Below are positions 1-9,010 of a stretch of 55,755 bases of DNA, piece by piece. Every line of letters starts with the position of its first letter. Positions within the stretch are counted from its first letter, which is position 1. The translations under genes and the position numbers were made by a program. The DNA is from a bacterium (GTDB taxonomy: Bacteria; Patescibacteriota; Minisyncoccia; Phycocordibacterales; UBA918), in the NCBI GenBank assembly GCA_030430425.1, contig JAUIFS010000002.1:1-55755 (forward strand). The letters are read 5' to 3'. A model generated the notes under the pieces. The model saw nothing but the letters and a program-made list of their open reading frames with translations, made no database searches and was not told where the DNA came from.

Positions 1-2004
1 GAGAAAGAGATCCTTACTCTCGACCTTGGTCTCTTGGTTGCAGGGACAAAGTTTCGTGGAGAGTTTGAGGAGCGACTGAAGGCAGTTATGAAAGAAGTTG
101 AGACTGCGCAAGGAAGTGTCATTCTGTTTATTGATGAGCTACATACTATTGTGGGCGCAGGAGCCTCAGAGGGATCGATGGACGCCTCAAACATGCTCAA
201 GCCTGCACTTGCACGTGGTGAGATTCGCATTATCGGTGCAACGACACTGAAGGAATATCAGAAACATATTGAGAAGGATCCAGCACTGACACGGCGATTT
301 CAGCCAGTGCACGTACTGGAACCAACCCAAGAAGATGCAATTGCTATTTTGCGCGGTATTGCAGAGAAGTATGAGCTGTTCCATGGGGTGCGTATCACTG
401 ACGACGCTATCGTGTCAGCGGTAAACTTCTCAAGTCGGTACATTACCGATCGATTCTTACCCGATAAAGCAGTAGATCTTATCGATGAAGCGGCTTCAGC
501 CCTTCGTATTTCGCTTGAAAACAAACCTGAAGAGCTTGTGCTTGCTGATCGCGACGTGCGACGTCTTGAGATCGAAAAGGAAGCATTGAAGAAAGATGAA
601 GAGTCCGCTGAAGCTGCAGCGAAACGAAAGCTTCGTGCACGGTTACGTGAAATTGATGCAGAGATCGGTGAACTTCGTGAAAAAACTGCTGCACTTGAGA
701 CAAAATGGAATAATGAGAAAGAAGCGCTTGATGACATGCGAAGACTGAAAAAAGAGCTTGAAGAATTACGTATTGAAGCAGAAAACGCCGAAGCAATGGC
801 TGATCTCACACGGGCAGCAGAAATACGCTATGACACTATCCCCGCGGTAGAGAAAGAACTTGAAGCAAAAATGAAACGTCTAAAAAAACTACAACGCTCA
901 CGACGTCTTCTGAAAGAAGAGATTACCGAAGAAGACATTGCTTCTGTGGTGTCGCGATGGACGGGTATCCCTGTTGCACGCATGATGGAAGAGGAAGCAA
1001 AGAAACTAGCACGTATGGAAGAAGACCTACAAGAACATATCGTTGGACAAGATCATGCGGTACAACTTGTGTCTGACGCAGTGAAGCGGTCACGGGCAGG
1101 TATTGCTGACCCTAACCGACCAATAGGCTCGTTCTTGTTCCTTGGGCCAACTGGTGTTGGGAAGACTGAGCTCTCAAAGGTGCTTGCGGAGTTTATGTTT
1201 GATGACCCAGAAGCGCTTTTGCGTATCGACATGTCTGAGTTTATGGAGAAGCACTCCGTTTCAAAAATAATCGGTTCACCCCCAGGATATGTTGGGCACG
1301 ATGAAAGTGGCTCTATCACTGAAAAGGTGCGCCATCGACCATATTCAGTTATCTTGCTTGATGAAGTAGAGAAGGCACATCCTGAAGTGTTTAATGTGCT
1401 GTTGCAGGTGCTTGACTCAGGTCACCTTACCGATGCAAAAGGACGCAAGGTAAATTTCAAGAACACCATTATCATCATGACCTCAAACATTGGTGCAGAG
1501 CATATTGACCGCATGTCTAACTTTGGTTTCAGTGGACAGCGTGATGATGCATCACAGTATCTACAAGCAAAAGACAAGGTGATGGATAGTTTGAAGAATT
1601 ATTTCCGTCCGGAGTTTCTGAATCGGCTCGACGAAATCATTGTCTTCGATATTCTTTCACAATCAACCATTCGCTCTATTGTGGAGATGCAGGTACAAGA
1701 TGTACAAAACCGACTTGCAGCGAAAGACATTAAGCTCACACTTGCAAAAGATGTCTATGACTATCTTGCACAGGAAGGGTATGATCCACGTTTTGGAGCT
1801 CGTCCACTTAAGCGGGTGATTCAAAGCAAAATCCTCACCCCGGTGGCGTCACAAATGGTAGGTCAAGGTATGCTGCAAGGAGGCACGGTAAAGGTAAGTA
1901 TGCAAAAAGGGAAGCAGGAGCTCACCTTTGATGTACAAAAGAAGGGGAGTAAAAAGAAAACGGTAAAGAAGACAGTAAAGAAAAAAGTTGCAACTACCGC
2001 ATAA
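1..2004 (+). CDS. clpB: ATP-dependent chaperone ClpB, 5'-truncated by the window edge
   Basis: Frame is open from base 1. [13 protein letters not shown], Walker [17 protein letters not shown], long coiled-coil middle domain, second AAA+ domain GPTGVGKTE and LLDEVEKAH. Lys-rich tail. Confidence 0.95.
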   Translation, partial: EKEILTLDLGLLVAGTKFRGEFEERLKAVMKEVETAQGSVILFIDELHTIVGAGASEGSMDASNMLKPALARGEIRIIGATTLKEYQKHIEKDPALTRRFQPVHVLEPTQEDAIAILRGIAEKYELFHGVRITDDAIVSAVNFSSRYITDRFLPDKAVDLIDEAASALRISLENKPEELVLADRDVRRLEIEKEALKKDEESAEAAAKRKLRARLREIDAEIGELREKTAALETKWNNEKEALDDMRRLKKELEELRIEAENAEAMADLTRAAEIRYDTIPAVEKELEAKMKRLKKLQRSRRLLKEEITEEDIASVVSRWTGIPVARMMEEEAKKLARMEEDLQEHIVGQDHAVQLVSDAVKRSRAGIADPNRPIGSFLFLGPTGVGKTELSKVLAEFMFDDPEALLRIDMSEFMEKHSVSKIIGSPPGYVGHDESGSITEKVRHRPYSVILLDEVEKAHPEVFNVLLQVLDSGHLTDAKGRKVNFKNTIIIMTSNIGAEHIDRMSNFGFSGQRDDASQYLQAKDKVMDSLKNYFRPEFLNRLDEIIVFDILSQSTIRSIVEMQVQDVQNRLAAKDIKLTLAKDVYDYLAQEGYDPRFGARPLKRVIQSKILTPVASQMVGQGMLQGGTVKVSMQKGKQELTFDVQKKGSKKKTVKKTVKKKVATTA

Positions 2005-2011
2005 TATAAAG

Positions 2012-2042
2012 AAATGCCCGAAGCTCACGCTTCGGGCATTTT
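2012..2042. terminator. Bidirectional intrinsic terminator
   Basis: aaatgcccgaagc-tcac-gcttcgggcattt between convergent genes. Confidence 0.8.
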
Positions 2043-2739
2043 AGTTTTGCGAACGAATGTACTGCAGGACACTTCCGTCGGTATCGAGCAGAGGGAGTTC
2101 ATGACCATAGCCTTGTACAGCCACAGGTTTGATTCCAGCTCGCTTTGCCATATGGAGCGTCACGTCTTCAGGGATAACCTCGTCGTCCGGTGTGTAGTAA
2201 AGACTAAGTCGCGTACGGTCAAACCCTCTAGGGATGCGTATGGCACCATCGCCCGACTCAAGCATGGCAGTGGTGTCTTCAGAGACCTCAGGGTTAAAGT
2301 CTGAGATGTGCTGCTGAATCTCCCGTATTGCTGCTGAGCGCAAGAGCGTCTTCTGCATTGGTGGAAACATAAGTTTCAGTGCATATGAAGCAGTGCGATG
2401 AAAGTTTCTCCGTGGTGGTCCGTGGAACACCCCAGGAGTAATCATCACGATGTTTCGTACCAAGCCAGGTGTGAGCTTGTCTGCAAGCTTTGCAACATGC
2501 AAACTTACCGGAGCTGCCATAGACCATGCGTAGAGGTCAACTGGTCGATCAAGTTCTTTTAGTCTTTCAAAGATGCGTACACCGTACTGTTGCAAAACAA
2601 ACGGCATCCGTGTAGTGCATCTGTGGAAGTTACCACGTTCGTAATCAATCGGGTGCAAAAGTGGATCGTCTTTTGCTTGGAGCGGCCACATGCTCGATGC
2701 ATTGTGCGCCGCCCCAGGGAGAAGTGCAATGTCATGCAT
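2041..2739 (-). CDS. Alpha/beta-hydrolase-fold protein
   Basis: LLPGAAH oxyanion-type segment, AWSMA nucleophile elbow, DDEVI acid, YGHEL His. Start moved to Met25 of the ORF-track call (2811). Confidence 0.6.
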   Translation of the reverse strand: MHDIALLPGAAHNASSMWPLQAKDDPLLHPIDYERGNFHRCTTRMPFVLQQYGVRIFERLKELDRPVDLYAWSMAAPVSLHVAKLADKLTPGLVRNIVMITPGVFHGPPRRNFHRTASYALKLMFPPMQKTLLRSAAIREIQQHISDFNPEVSEDTTAMLESGDGAIRIPRGFDRTRLSLYYTPDDEVIPEDVTLHMAKRAGIKPVAVQGYGHELPLLDTDGSVLQYIRSQN

Positions 2740-2827
2740 AGCGTGTTCCTTGTACTGTGTCTGTACTGAGTATACGTGTTTTGTATATTTTGTATAGAAA
2801 AATCGGCCCAAACAGGGCCGATTTGTT

Positions 2828-3379
2828 TCATTTATAGGAACTTTTCAACGTATCCCAATTGAGACCTGCGCTCAGCTTCGGACCCTGTTGCAGATCGATG
2901 ATCTGACAACGTGCCGTGGTGTGCACGGTAAAAACAGTTCTTTTGCCCGCAGCATCCTTCGCAACTACAACCACTTGGTAGATGGTTCTCTTTTTTCCTG
3001 CAAGAAACTTGGAATATTTTTTCCGCAGTTCTGCTGTTACGGTGGTACTTGCGGTGTCGAGTTTGTTTTTGGATTGCTTGCTGACGGCACGAAGCCGGCT
3101 GTAGAACAGGTTGATGCCATGCTTGCGCATGCGTGGGTTTGCATGGTCCCACCCTTCATTCACACGACGATCGTGATACAGATAGCTCCCAAGAATGTCT
3201 TCGTTCGTATACCGGTCAAACAATGCCCGCAGCTCACGTTCTGTTTTTTGTTGTGGTAGTTTTGCAAGTCCTTGCTGGATACATTTATTGATAGTTTCCA
3301 TCGCTTCAGCGGATGCACTTGGTGGCAACAGCCAAACAAATGTAAGCAACAGTATGCCCAAAAATCGTGAAAAGAACAT
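2828..3379 (-). CDS. Secreted hypothetical protein, weak MlaC/Ttg2D-like pattern
   Basis: Signal peptide ending ASA, SD (ggagg) upstream, TTGACC-16-TATGAT promoter at 3412-3439, downstream hairpin at about 2801-2824. Confidence 0.6.
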   Translation of the reverse strand: MFFSRFLGILLLTFVWLLPPSASAEAMETINKCIQQGLAKLPQQKTERELRALFDRYTNEDILGSYLYHDRRVNEGWDHANPRMRKHGINLFYSRLRAVSKQSKNKLDTASTTVTAELRKKYSKFLAGKKRTIYQVVVVAKDAAGKRTVFTVHTTARCQIIDLQQGPKLSAGLNWDTLKSSYK

Positions 3380-3510
3380 GGTAATACCCTCCGTTTCTTC
3401 TTCTGTATTTCATCATATAAAGCTTGTTGTGTTGGTCAACACAAGTATTGCAATAGCAAATGTTTTAAGAATATGTCAACAGCTAACGATATTTTTACTC
3501 TGTGTAAAAG

Positions 3511-3535
3511 AAAGCGCCTTCGCTGAAGGCGCTTT
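3511..3535 (-). terminator. Intrinsic terminator
   Basis: aaagcgccttc-gct-gaaggcgcttt. Confidence 0.65.
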
Positions 3536-3538
3536 GAG

Positions 3539-3733
3539 TTATTGTGCAAGCAATAAGTCGACAGTTTTTATGAGCTCGTCACGGTTTATTGCCTTTTTTG
3601 AAAAAGAGGGATCGCGAGCCTGCATCGAGCGTATGGCGCGGTCCGCTATTTGCTCGGTAAGAGCTGTATACGCTTCTTAGGCTCCTGCTTTTCGAGTTGC
3701 AATGAATTGTGGTGTTGCACGTGAAGCCATCAT
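3539..3733 (-). pseudogene. Small ORF with an internal in-frame TAA
   Basis: SD aagga, then MMASRATPQFIATRKAGA*EAYTALTEQIADRAIRSMQARDPSFSKKAINRDELIKTVDLLLAQ*, ending just before a terminator. Confidence 0.4.
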
Positions 3734-3959
3734 TTGTTCCTTTATCTGAGAAGACATTTCATCTATAAAAGACAATAGCATAAAAAAAGTATAAGTGGAG
3801 GAATTTTTCTGCTTCTGCACACGCAGATGCAAGAGGTGAAAACGTCAATAATAGAGTCAGATTACTGTTTCTTGCCGAGTTTTATACGAAAAAAGGAAGA
3901 AGTTTTTATATAAACAAAGCAGCCCCAATCATCGGAGAAGGGGCTGTCGCATCGAGAGC

Positions 3960-4376
3960 TTATACTGAGTGAGCTCGCCATCTTTTTTTGGTCAGAACCC
4001 GCTCACGGATGTGGTGAGAAAGAAACGACCAGGCAAAGGAAGCGGTTGGTTCAAACCTTCTCTCGTAGAGACCGTCCTCGTCCCTGTCCCATTCAGAATA
4101 TCCGGTGAGTAGGATGACGGCTTCAAATCCGTACTTCTCTACGAATGTGTGGTTTGGGACGCGAAGTTCACCTTTGAAACGAGCTGTCGTCTTCAGTTCT
4201 GTACCCATTCCATCATCAGTTTCGATGGTTTTCGCTACGGCGATTTCACGCCATGCCCACTCAAACTCTTCATGTGGTTTGATAACTTCGCTGTGTTGAC
4301 GCACGAGCGTGTTCACAACCGGCAACAGCTTTTCAGTTGTGTCGGTGGTGCGAAGCTTTGTCTTAAAACGAGCCAT
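3960..4376 (-). CDS. Hypothetical protein
   Basis: 138 aa ORF, strong SD ggagg, own promoter. Confidence 0.7.
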   Translation of the reverse strand: MARFKTKLRTTDTTEKLLPVVNTLVRQHSEVIKPHEEFEWAWREIAVAKTIETDDGMGTELKTTARFKGELRVPNHTFVEKYGFEAVILLTGYSEWDRDEDGLYERRFEPTASFAWSFLSHHIRERVLTKKRWRAHSV

Positions 4377-4444
4377 TGGTTTAATCCTCCAAGGATTTTC
4401 GAGGGCACTATGCTTCTCGAAATCACTGCCACAGTGATTCTTTA

Positions 4445-4473
4445 ATAATACACTATAAACAGTATTATGTCAA
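4445..4473 (-). promoter_or_regulatory. Sigma70 promoter for 3960..4376
   Basis: TTGACA-17 bp-TATTAT on the minus strand. Confidence 0.7.
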
Positions 4474-4517
4474 GGGAAATGGGGTCAGCCACCATTTTAT
4501 AATGTCACTTTCTCCCA

Positions 4518-4576
4518 GCGCACGAACAAAAATAGCATTCACAAAGGTGAATGCTATTTTTGTATTCGTGCGCCGG
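4518..4576. repeat. Long inverted repeat ending in a degenerate tRNA-Tyr 3'-end copy
   Basis: gcgcacgaa-caaaaatagcattcac / gtgaatgctatttttgtattcgtgcgc; gtgcgccgg at 4568-4576 matches 5552-5560. Confidence 0.6.
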
Positions 4577-4690
4577 AATTCGAGACGTTCGAACATCCAT
4601 ACTAGAAGCTGACTATTGTTTTCTCCCAAGATGTATACAAGAAAAGGTTGGTTTAGAGACTTGCTACCAACAATGCTATGATTATTTTCT

Positions 4691-5071
4691 ATGAAGGATT
4701 TTGATACATGGAATGGTCACAAGAAAGCCATCAATGACGGAGAAGGTAAATTATACTCCGAACGTGACATCTGGTGGTGTTCGCTCGGTGTGAATGTTGG
4801 ATTTGAGCAAGATGGCACAGGGAAGTCATATGAACGACCAGTGGTAGTATTGAGGGGATTTAGTCGGGCTGTGTGTCTCGTGGTTCCACTTACCACTTCA
4901 ACCAAAGAAAACAAGTATCATATCTCACTTGGGGAAGTAGATGGTAAACCAGCAGCAGCGATTATTTCTCAGGTACGGCTCATCGACACTAAACGCTTCA
5001 TCGACAAGATTGGAATGCTTGATAAGGAAAAATTTGCTGAAATAAAAAACGCCGTCAAAGGGTTACTCTAA
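4691..5071 (+). CDS. PemK/MazF-family endoribonuclease toxin with no adjacent protein antitoxin
   Basis: IWWCSLGVNVGFEQDG...RPVVV...VVPLTT...SQVRLID.KR motif set of PemK/MazF. Confidence 0.85.
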   Translation: MKDFDTWNGHKKAINDGEGKLYSERDIWWCSLGVNVGFEQDGTGKSYERPVVVLRGFSRAVCLVVPLTTSTKENKYHISLGEVDGKPAAAIISQVRLIDTKRFIDKIGMLDKEKFAEIKNAVKGLL

Positions 5072-5120
5072 CGACATTTTTTGTTCTCCCACCGAAGTGG
5101 GCGAGGCCGAAGCCATTTGT
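5043..5120 (-). ncRNA. Candidate antisense small RNA overlapping the toxin 3' end
   Basis: Own promoter, two UUCG hairpins (ggc-UUCG-gcc and cccac-UUCG-guggg), then a G-U-rich terminator stem and U6 tract. Confidence 0.55.
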
Positions 5121-5126
5121 ACATAC

Positions 5127-5155
5127 ATAGTACCTACCTATAGGTATATAGTCAA
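5127..5155 (-). promoter_or_regulatory. Sigma70 promoter firing antisense into the PemK gene
   Basis: TTGACT (5150-5155), 17 bp, TACTAT (5127-5132) on the minus strand; no ORF follows. Confidence 0.65.
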
Positions 5156-5196
5156 GCGTTTGCATTTACACTAATTTGTTATTTTTTCTTTACCTG

Positions 5197-5218
5197 TGTG
5201 CGCCGGGAGGGATTCGAA
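5197..5218 (-). repeat. 22-bp duplicate of the tRNA-Tyr 3' end (att-like)
   Basis: tgtgcgccgggagggattcgaa identical to 5551-5572. Confidence 0.85.
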
Positions 5219-5552
5219 GTTTACTTTCAAACGATACGAGTGATATAGAAATTTATTTATATATCCGAGTGAGTGGCGAAAGAAAGTTTATTTACAACTT
5301 CAGTATAGGTTGTCGATATTTTGCGCCTTACGTCACAAAGTGTCATTCAATCTTTTCGGATTCGTGAGCAAATTTGTGGGGTCAAGTTTGTAACTCACTA
5401 CGTTCATAACAACTTCCTCCCCGGTCTCGACTGTTTTTGTCCTAGGAAGGCACAAAAACATGTCTCCGACTCGCACAAAAGCACGAAAGCAAAAAGGTTT
5501 GCTTTCTACAACAAAACACACATCCTAGGATGTGTGTTTTGTTGTACTTTTG

Positions 5553-5635
5553 TGCGCCGGGAGGGATTCGAACCCCCGTAGGATAAATCCGACAGGTTTA
5601 CAGCCTGTTGCAATTGACCGCTCTGCCACCGACGC
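5553..5635 (-). tRNA. tRNA-Tyr(GTA)
   Basis: Acceptor GCGTCGG/CCGGCGC, anticodon loop ctGTAaa, long variable arm, GGTTCGAATCC; CCA not encoded. Confidence 0.95.
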
Positions 5636-5725
5636 GTGATACATAGCAGTATACCGCTAAGTGGGCTATACGTTATCACATATTCAGCAGAGATGAAAGA
5701 GGTATTTCTGTTACAATTGTAGGTA

Positions 5726-6778
5726 ATGAAATGGGGTAGACAAATACTCATTATTTTCTTCTGTGTAACAGTTTTTTTTAGTGCTGCAGCGGGAGTGCGG
5801 GCACAGGGATCACTCACGCAGCCAGTGGCAGACGACTCGTTGTATCCAGCGGGAGGCATTGTCCCGAGTGGCACCGGAGACTTTACACCAGAAGGCTATG
5901 GAAGCTGTGAGCTTGTAGAGATGGTTAATAACGTCATGCAATTTTTGATTGCGGTCAGCATCATCATTGCGGTGATTGTCTTTATTTTTGCTGGCTACCT
6001 TATGGTGTATTCGCGTGGTGACGCGGGACAGATACAGCGTGCGAAGGGACTGTTTGGGAATGTGCTTATGGGTGTTTTGCTGCTTCTTACTGCATACCTC
6101 ATCATCAATACTATCCTTGGTGTTTTACTCGGAAGTACGTCAGCAGCGCTTAACTGGAAAACTATTGAATGCTCGTATGCAAATGAGGTGGGGAAAGCGG
6201 CTGCATATAATGTAGAACTTACATACAGTGAGGTTGATTGGGTGGTGGTAGATAAATACACTGGTTTTTCAGGCTCTGGGGGCACAGGAGGTACTGGATC
6301 TAGTGGAGGTGGGAGTTGTACGGTGCCTTCTGACACAGGCAATGCTTGTCATCCAAACAATCTAAGCTGTTTTGGAAGTAAAGCTGCTGAGGCATCACAG
6401 GTTTGTAGCTTGGAAAGTGGCGGAGGAAATATAAAAGCAGTTTCAGGGACTGATAGGTGCAAGGATGGAACGTCCTTTTCCGGTGGGTTGTTCCAGGTGA
6501 ATATTTTGGCGCACTATAATAATATCCCAGGCTGTTCTAATGACTTCTTTAGAAAGAACGGTTCGGGTACGCAGGGTACTTGTTTGCGAGAAGCTGGTCC
6601 GGCTAATAATCCATACTGTGCAGTGCGCGATTGTGAAATTACAAAACCGCAGGTGTACAAAGCATGCATGAATGCAGTGTTTGATCCGAATTGGAATATT
6701 TCCTATGCGTGTAAGTTGTACAGTAGTGCCGGCTCTTTTAGAGACTGGGCTTATTCGGCTAATAAATGTGGCGTATGA
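5726..6778 (+). CDS. VirB2/TrbC-like pilin domain fused to a Cys-rich lysozyme-like/SLT transglycosylase domain
   Basis: Signal peptide; two-TM pilin core with SRGD...AK; Gly/Ser linker; C-terminal LESGG...GLFQVN...DPNWNI...W pattern. Confidence 0.75.
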   Translation: MKWGRQILIIFFCVTVFFSAAAGVRAQGSLTQPVADDSLYPAGGIVPSGTGDFTPEGYGSCELVEMVNNVMQFLIAVSIIIAVIVFIFAGYLMVYSRGDAGQIQRAKGLFGNVLMGVLLLLTAYLIINTILGVLLGSTSAALNWKTIECSYANEVGKAAAYNVELTYSEVDWVVVDKYTGFSGSGGTGGTGSSGGGSCTVPSDTGNACHPNNLSCFGSKAAEASQVCSLESGGGNIKAVSGTDRCKDGTSFSGGLFQVNILAHYNNIPGCSNDFFRKNGSGTQGTCLREAGPANNPYCAVRDCEITKPQVYKACMNAVFDPNWNISYACKLYSSAGSFRDWAYSANKCGV

Positions 6779-7275
6779 AATCAGCAAAGTACATAATACT
6801 TGCTTTTTGTGTGGTTATTATCACTGCAGCGGGAATAAAAAATATTTTCTTTTCCTCAGAAAATGATAATCAGATTGTTACCGCACTCCCAGAGTCTCCA
6901 GTGGGTGAATACATCCCCTATACTGACGCACAGGTATTCCAGAGCAAAACAGGAGTCCCACTTTCAGCAGTCGCGTTGGTTGACGATCCGTTAACAGAAC
7001 AGCTTGCAGATGATTTTTATGTGCTCACAGAAGACTCTGAGACATATGATATTTTTTACCACCAAGATAGTGGTATTGTTACTATAATGTTATACAAAGA
7101 GCCACTTGCGTTTACGCGTAGCTTAGCAGAAAGACGCTTAAAAGAAACATTGTCTTTTTCAGAGGAGGAGTTGTGTGATATGCAGGTGAGCGTTTCAACT
7201 AATGAGTATGTAAATGCGGGATATACAGGAATTAATCTCGGTTTAAGCTTTTGTGATGGTTCGATATCTCTATAA
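6775..7275 (+). CDS. Membrane-anchored hypothetical protein, translationally coupled partner
   Basis: ATGA overlap with the upstream stop; N-terminal TM; C-terminal Cys pair (EELC...LSFC). Confidence 0.75.
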   Translation: MKSAKYIILAFCVVIITAAGIKNIFFSSENDNQIVTALPESPVGEYIPYTDAQVFQSKTGVPLSAVALVDDPLTEQLADDFYVLTEDSETYDIFYHQDSGIVTIMLYKEPLAFTRSLAERRLKETLSFSEEELCDMQVSVSTNEYVNAGYTGINLGLSFCDGSISL

Positions 7276-7278
7276 ATT

Positions 7279-8082
7279 ATGAAATACATTTCTTTACTTT
7301 TCATACTAGCATTCGTTTTCTTTCCAGAATCAGCACTGGCACTTGACCCACTTTTTACCTGTCACGTGGGTAGTGAGTGCAACTTCTGCGACTTAGCAAA
7401 TATGATAGAAAATGTTGCTGATTGGACGACACTTGTTGCAACACTCATCGCAGTCATTGGCTTAATGTACTCAGGCTTTCGTATGTCCGCTTCACGAGGC
7501 GACGTGCAGGCGTTTACCGCTGCAAAGCAAATGTTTGGTAACATTGCCGTTGGATTAGTGATTATTATGACTGCATGGATCATTGTCGATACAATCGTAA
7601 AAGCACTTGCAGGGGGCGATTTTGGCGTATGGAACAGCTTCGACGGTGACTGTGGAGCTATGTTTGCACCAGGAAAGGCTGAAGAAGGGATTAATTTGAA
7701 TGTAGAAACGGTTGATGTTATTGAGTCACCCGAAACAGTCATATATGAATATCAGTCATCTACGGGGGTAAGCAACGTATCTTCTTTTTCTGGTAATCTT
7801 GTAACGTATGATGGACACCAATTTGATGAAAACATCATAAGTCAGGTTAATTATATTTCTCGAACATATGGTCTGCGTGTCTCAGGTGGACATCGTACAA
7901 AAGAACGTAATGCAGCGGTCGGTGGAGTCCCTAATTCACTGCACTTAAGTGGTCGTGCAGCTGATTTTGTCGGTCCACGAGAAAGAATGGAAGCAGCAGC
8001 GTCATGGGCGCGTGGCAACGGTGCAAAAGAGGTGCTTATTCATGATGCTGGTTCTGGTACCCACCTTCATGTGGGGTGGTAA
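7279..8082 (+). CDS. VirB2/TrbC-like pilin fused to a peptidase M15A-type (D-Ala-D-Ala carboxypeptidase-like) domain
   Basis: Same pilin core; SGGHR..ERN..VGG...S.HLSGRAAD...HLHV zinc-peptidase motifs. Confidence 0.8.
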   Translation: MKYISLLFILAFVFFPESALALDPLFTCHVGSECNFCDLANMIENVADWTTLVATLIAVIGLMYSGFRMSASRGDVQAFTAAKQMFGNIAVGLVIIMTAWIIVDTIVKALAGGDFGVWNSFDGDCGAMFAPGKAEEGINLNVETVDVIESPETVIYEYQSSTGVSNVSSFSGNLVTYDGHQFDENIISQVNYISRTYGLRVSGGHRTKERNAAVGGVPNSLHLSGRAADFVGPRERMEAAASWARGNGAKEVLIHDAGSGTHLHVGW

Positions 8083-8094
8083 TTATTTTAATGT

Positions 8095-8994
8095 ATGCGA
8101 TACATCATTACATCAGTACTATTTTTTCTTCCCAAGATCATATTTGCACAAGGGTTTGTGACCTGTCATGAGGGTGGGAAGTGCAGTTTTTGCGAACTGA
8201 TGGCAATGGTAAATAGTATTGTTGAGTGGGTGATTATTATTGGTACATTGTGTACAGTGCTTATCCTTGCGTATGCAGGCTTCCTACTCATCGTCTCTCG
8301 GGGAGATGCAAGCGCGCTTGCGAAGGGTAAGAAGATATTTTTCCAGTGCATCATCGGTATCCTGATTATGCTTGCGTCGTGGACTATTGTAGACACAGGC
8401 ATAAAACTCTTTGCGGGAGGAGAGCTTGGTATGTGGAATGAAGTGCAGTGTGGGGCTGGGCAGTTTGCTGTTGGAGATGCTTCGGAGTATGGGATAGATC
8501 TCAGTCTGTATGAGGTTGAGGTGCTTGAAGGAGACGGCTCGACGATCACCATTCATACAGGAGGACATGTAGGTGTCGATGGAGACACAACCACTGTTAC
8601 CTCATGTGATGAGTCAGTAATGGCGTCCATGACTTTATTTGGTCACCCTGTTCGTATTCATCAAAATCTAGTACCGAGTTTGAGTCGTGTTGATGCCGCG
8701 TGGCGAAGTAGGGGTGGGGACTCGTACTATAGAGTAACCTCTGTTGGAGGGTATGCATGTCGAAAGATCGCAGGCTCAAACAAAATGTCTAACCATTCCT
8801 ATGGTGTTGCAGTCGATATAAACCCTGCACAGAATCCGCATCTAAAAAGCGAGTGTCGGACAAACATGCATGAATCTCGCTTTTATGACCTGTTTATGGC
8901 AGAGGGTTGGGGTTGGGGATGTAATTGGTCGTCTTCTAAAGATGCGATGCACTTTAGTAAAGCAGGCGGTGAAGGAGGAGATGGTAAATATTAA
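8095..8994 (+). CDS. VirB2/TrbC-like pilin fused to an M15 (L-Ala-D-Glu/endolysin-type) peptidase domain
   Basis: Same pilin core; GGYACR...SNHSYGVAVDINP...WG..W...DAMHF. Confidence 0.8.
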   Translation: MRYIITSVLFFLPKIIFAQGFVTCHEGGKCSFCELMAMVNSIVEWVIIIGTLCTVLILAYAGFLLIVSRGDASALAKGKKIFFQCIIGILIMLASWTIVDTGIKLFAGGELGMWNEVQCGAGQFAVGDASEYGIDLSLYEVEVLEGDGSTITIHTGGHVGVDGDTTTVTSCDESVMASMTLFGHPVRIHQNLVPSLSRVDAAWRSRGGDSYYRVTSVGGYACRKIAGSNKMSNHSYGVAVDINPAQNPHLKSECRTNMHESRFYDLFMAEGWGWGCNWSSSKDAMHFSKAGGEGGDGKY

Positions 8995-9010
8995 ATTATA
9001 GTGTATTGAT

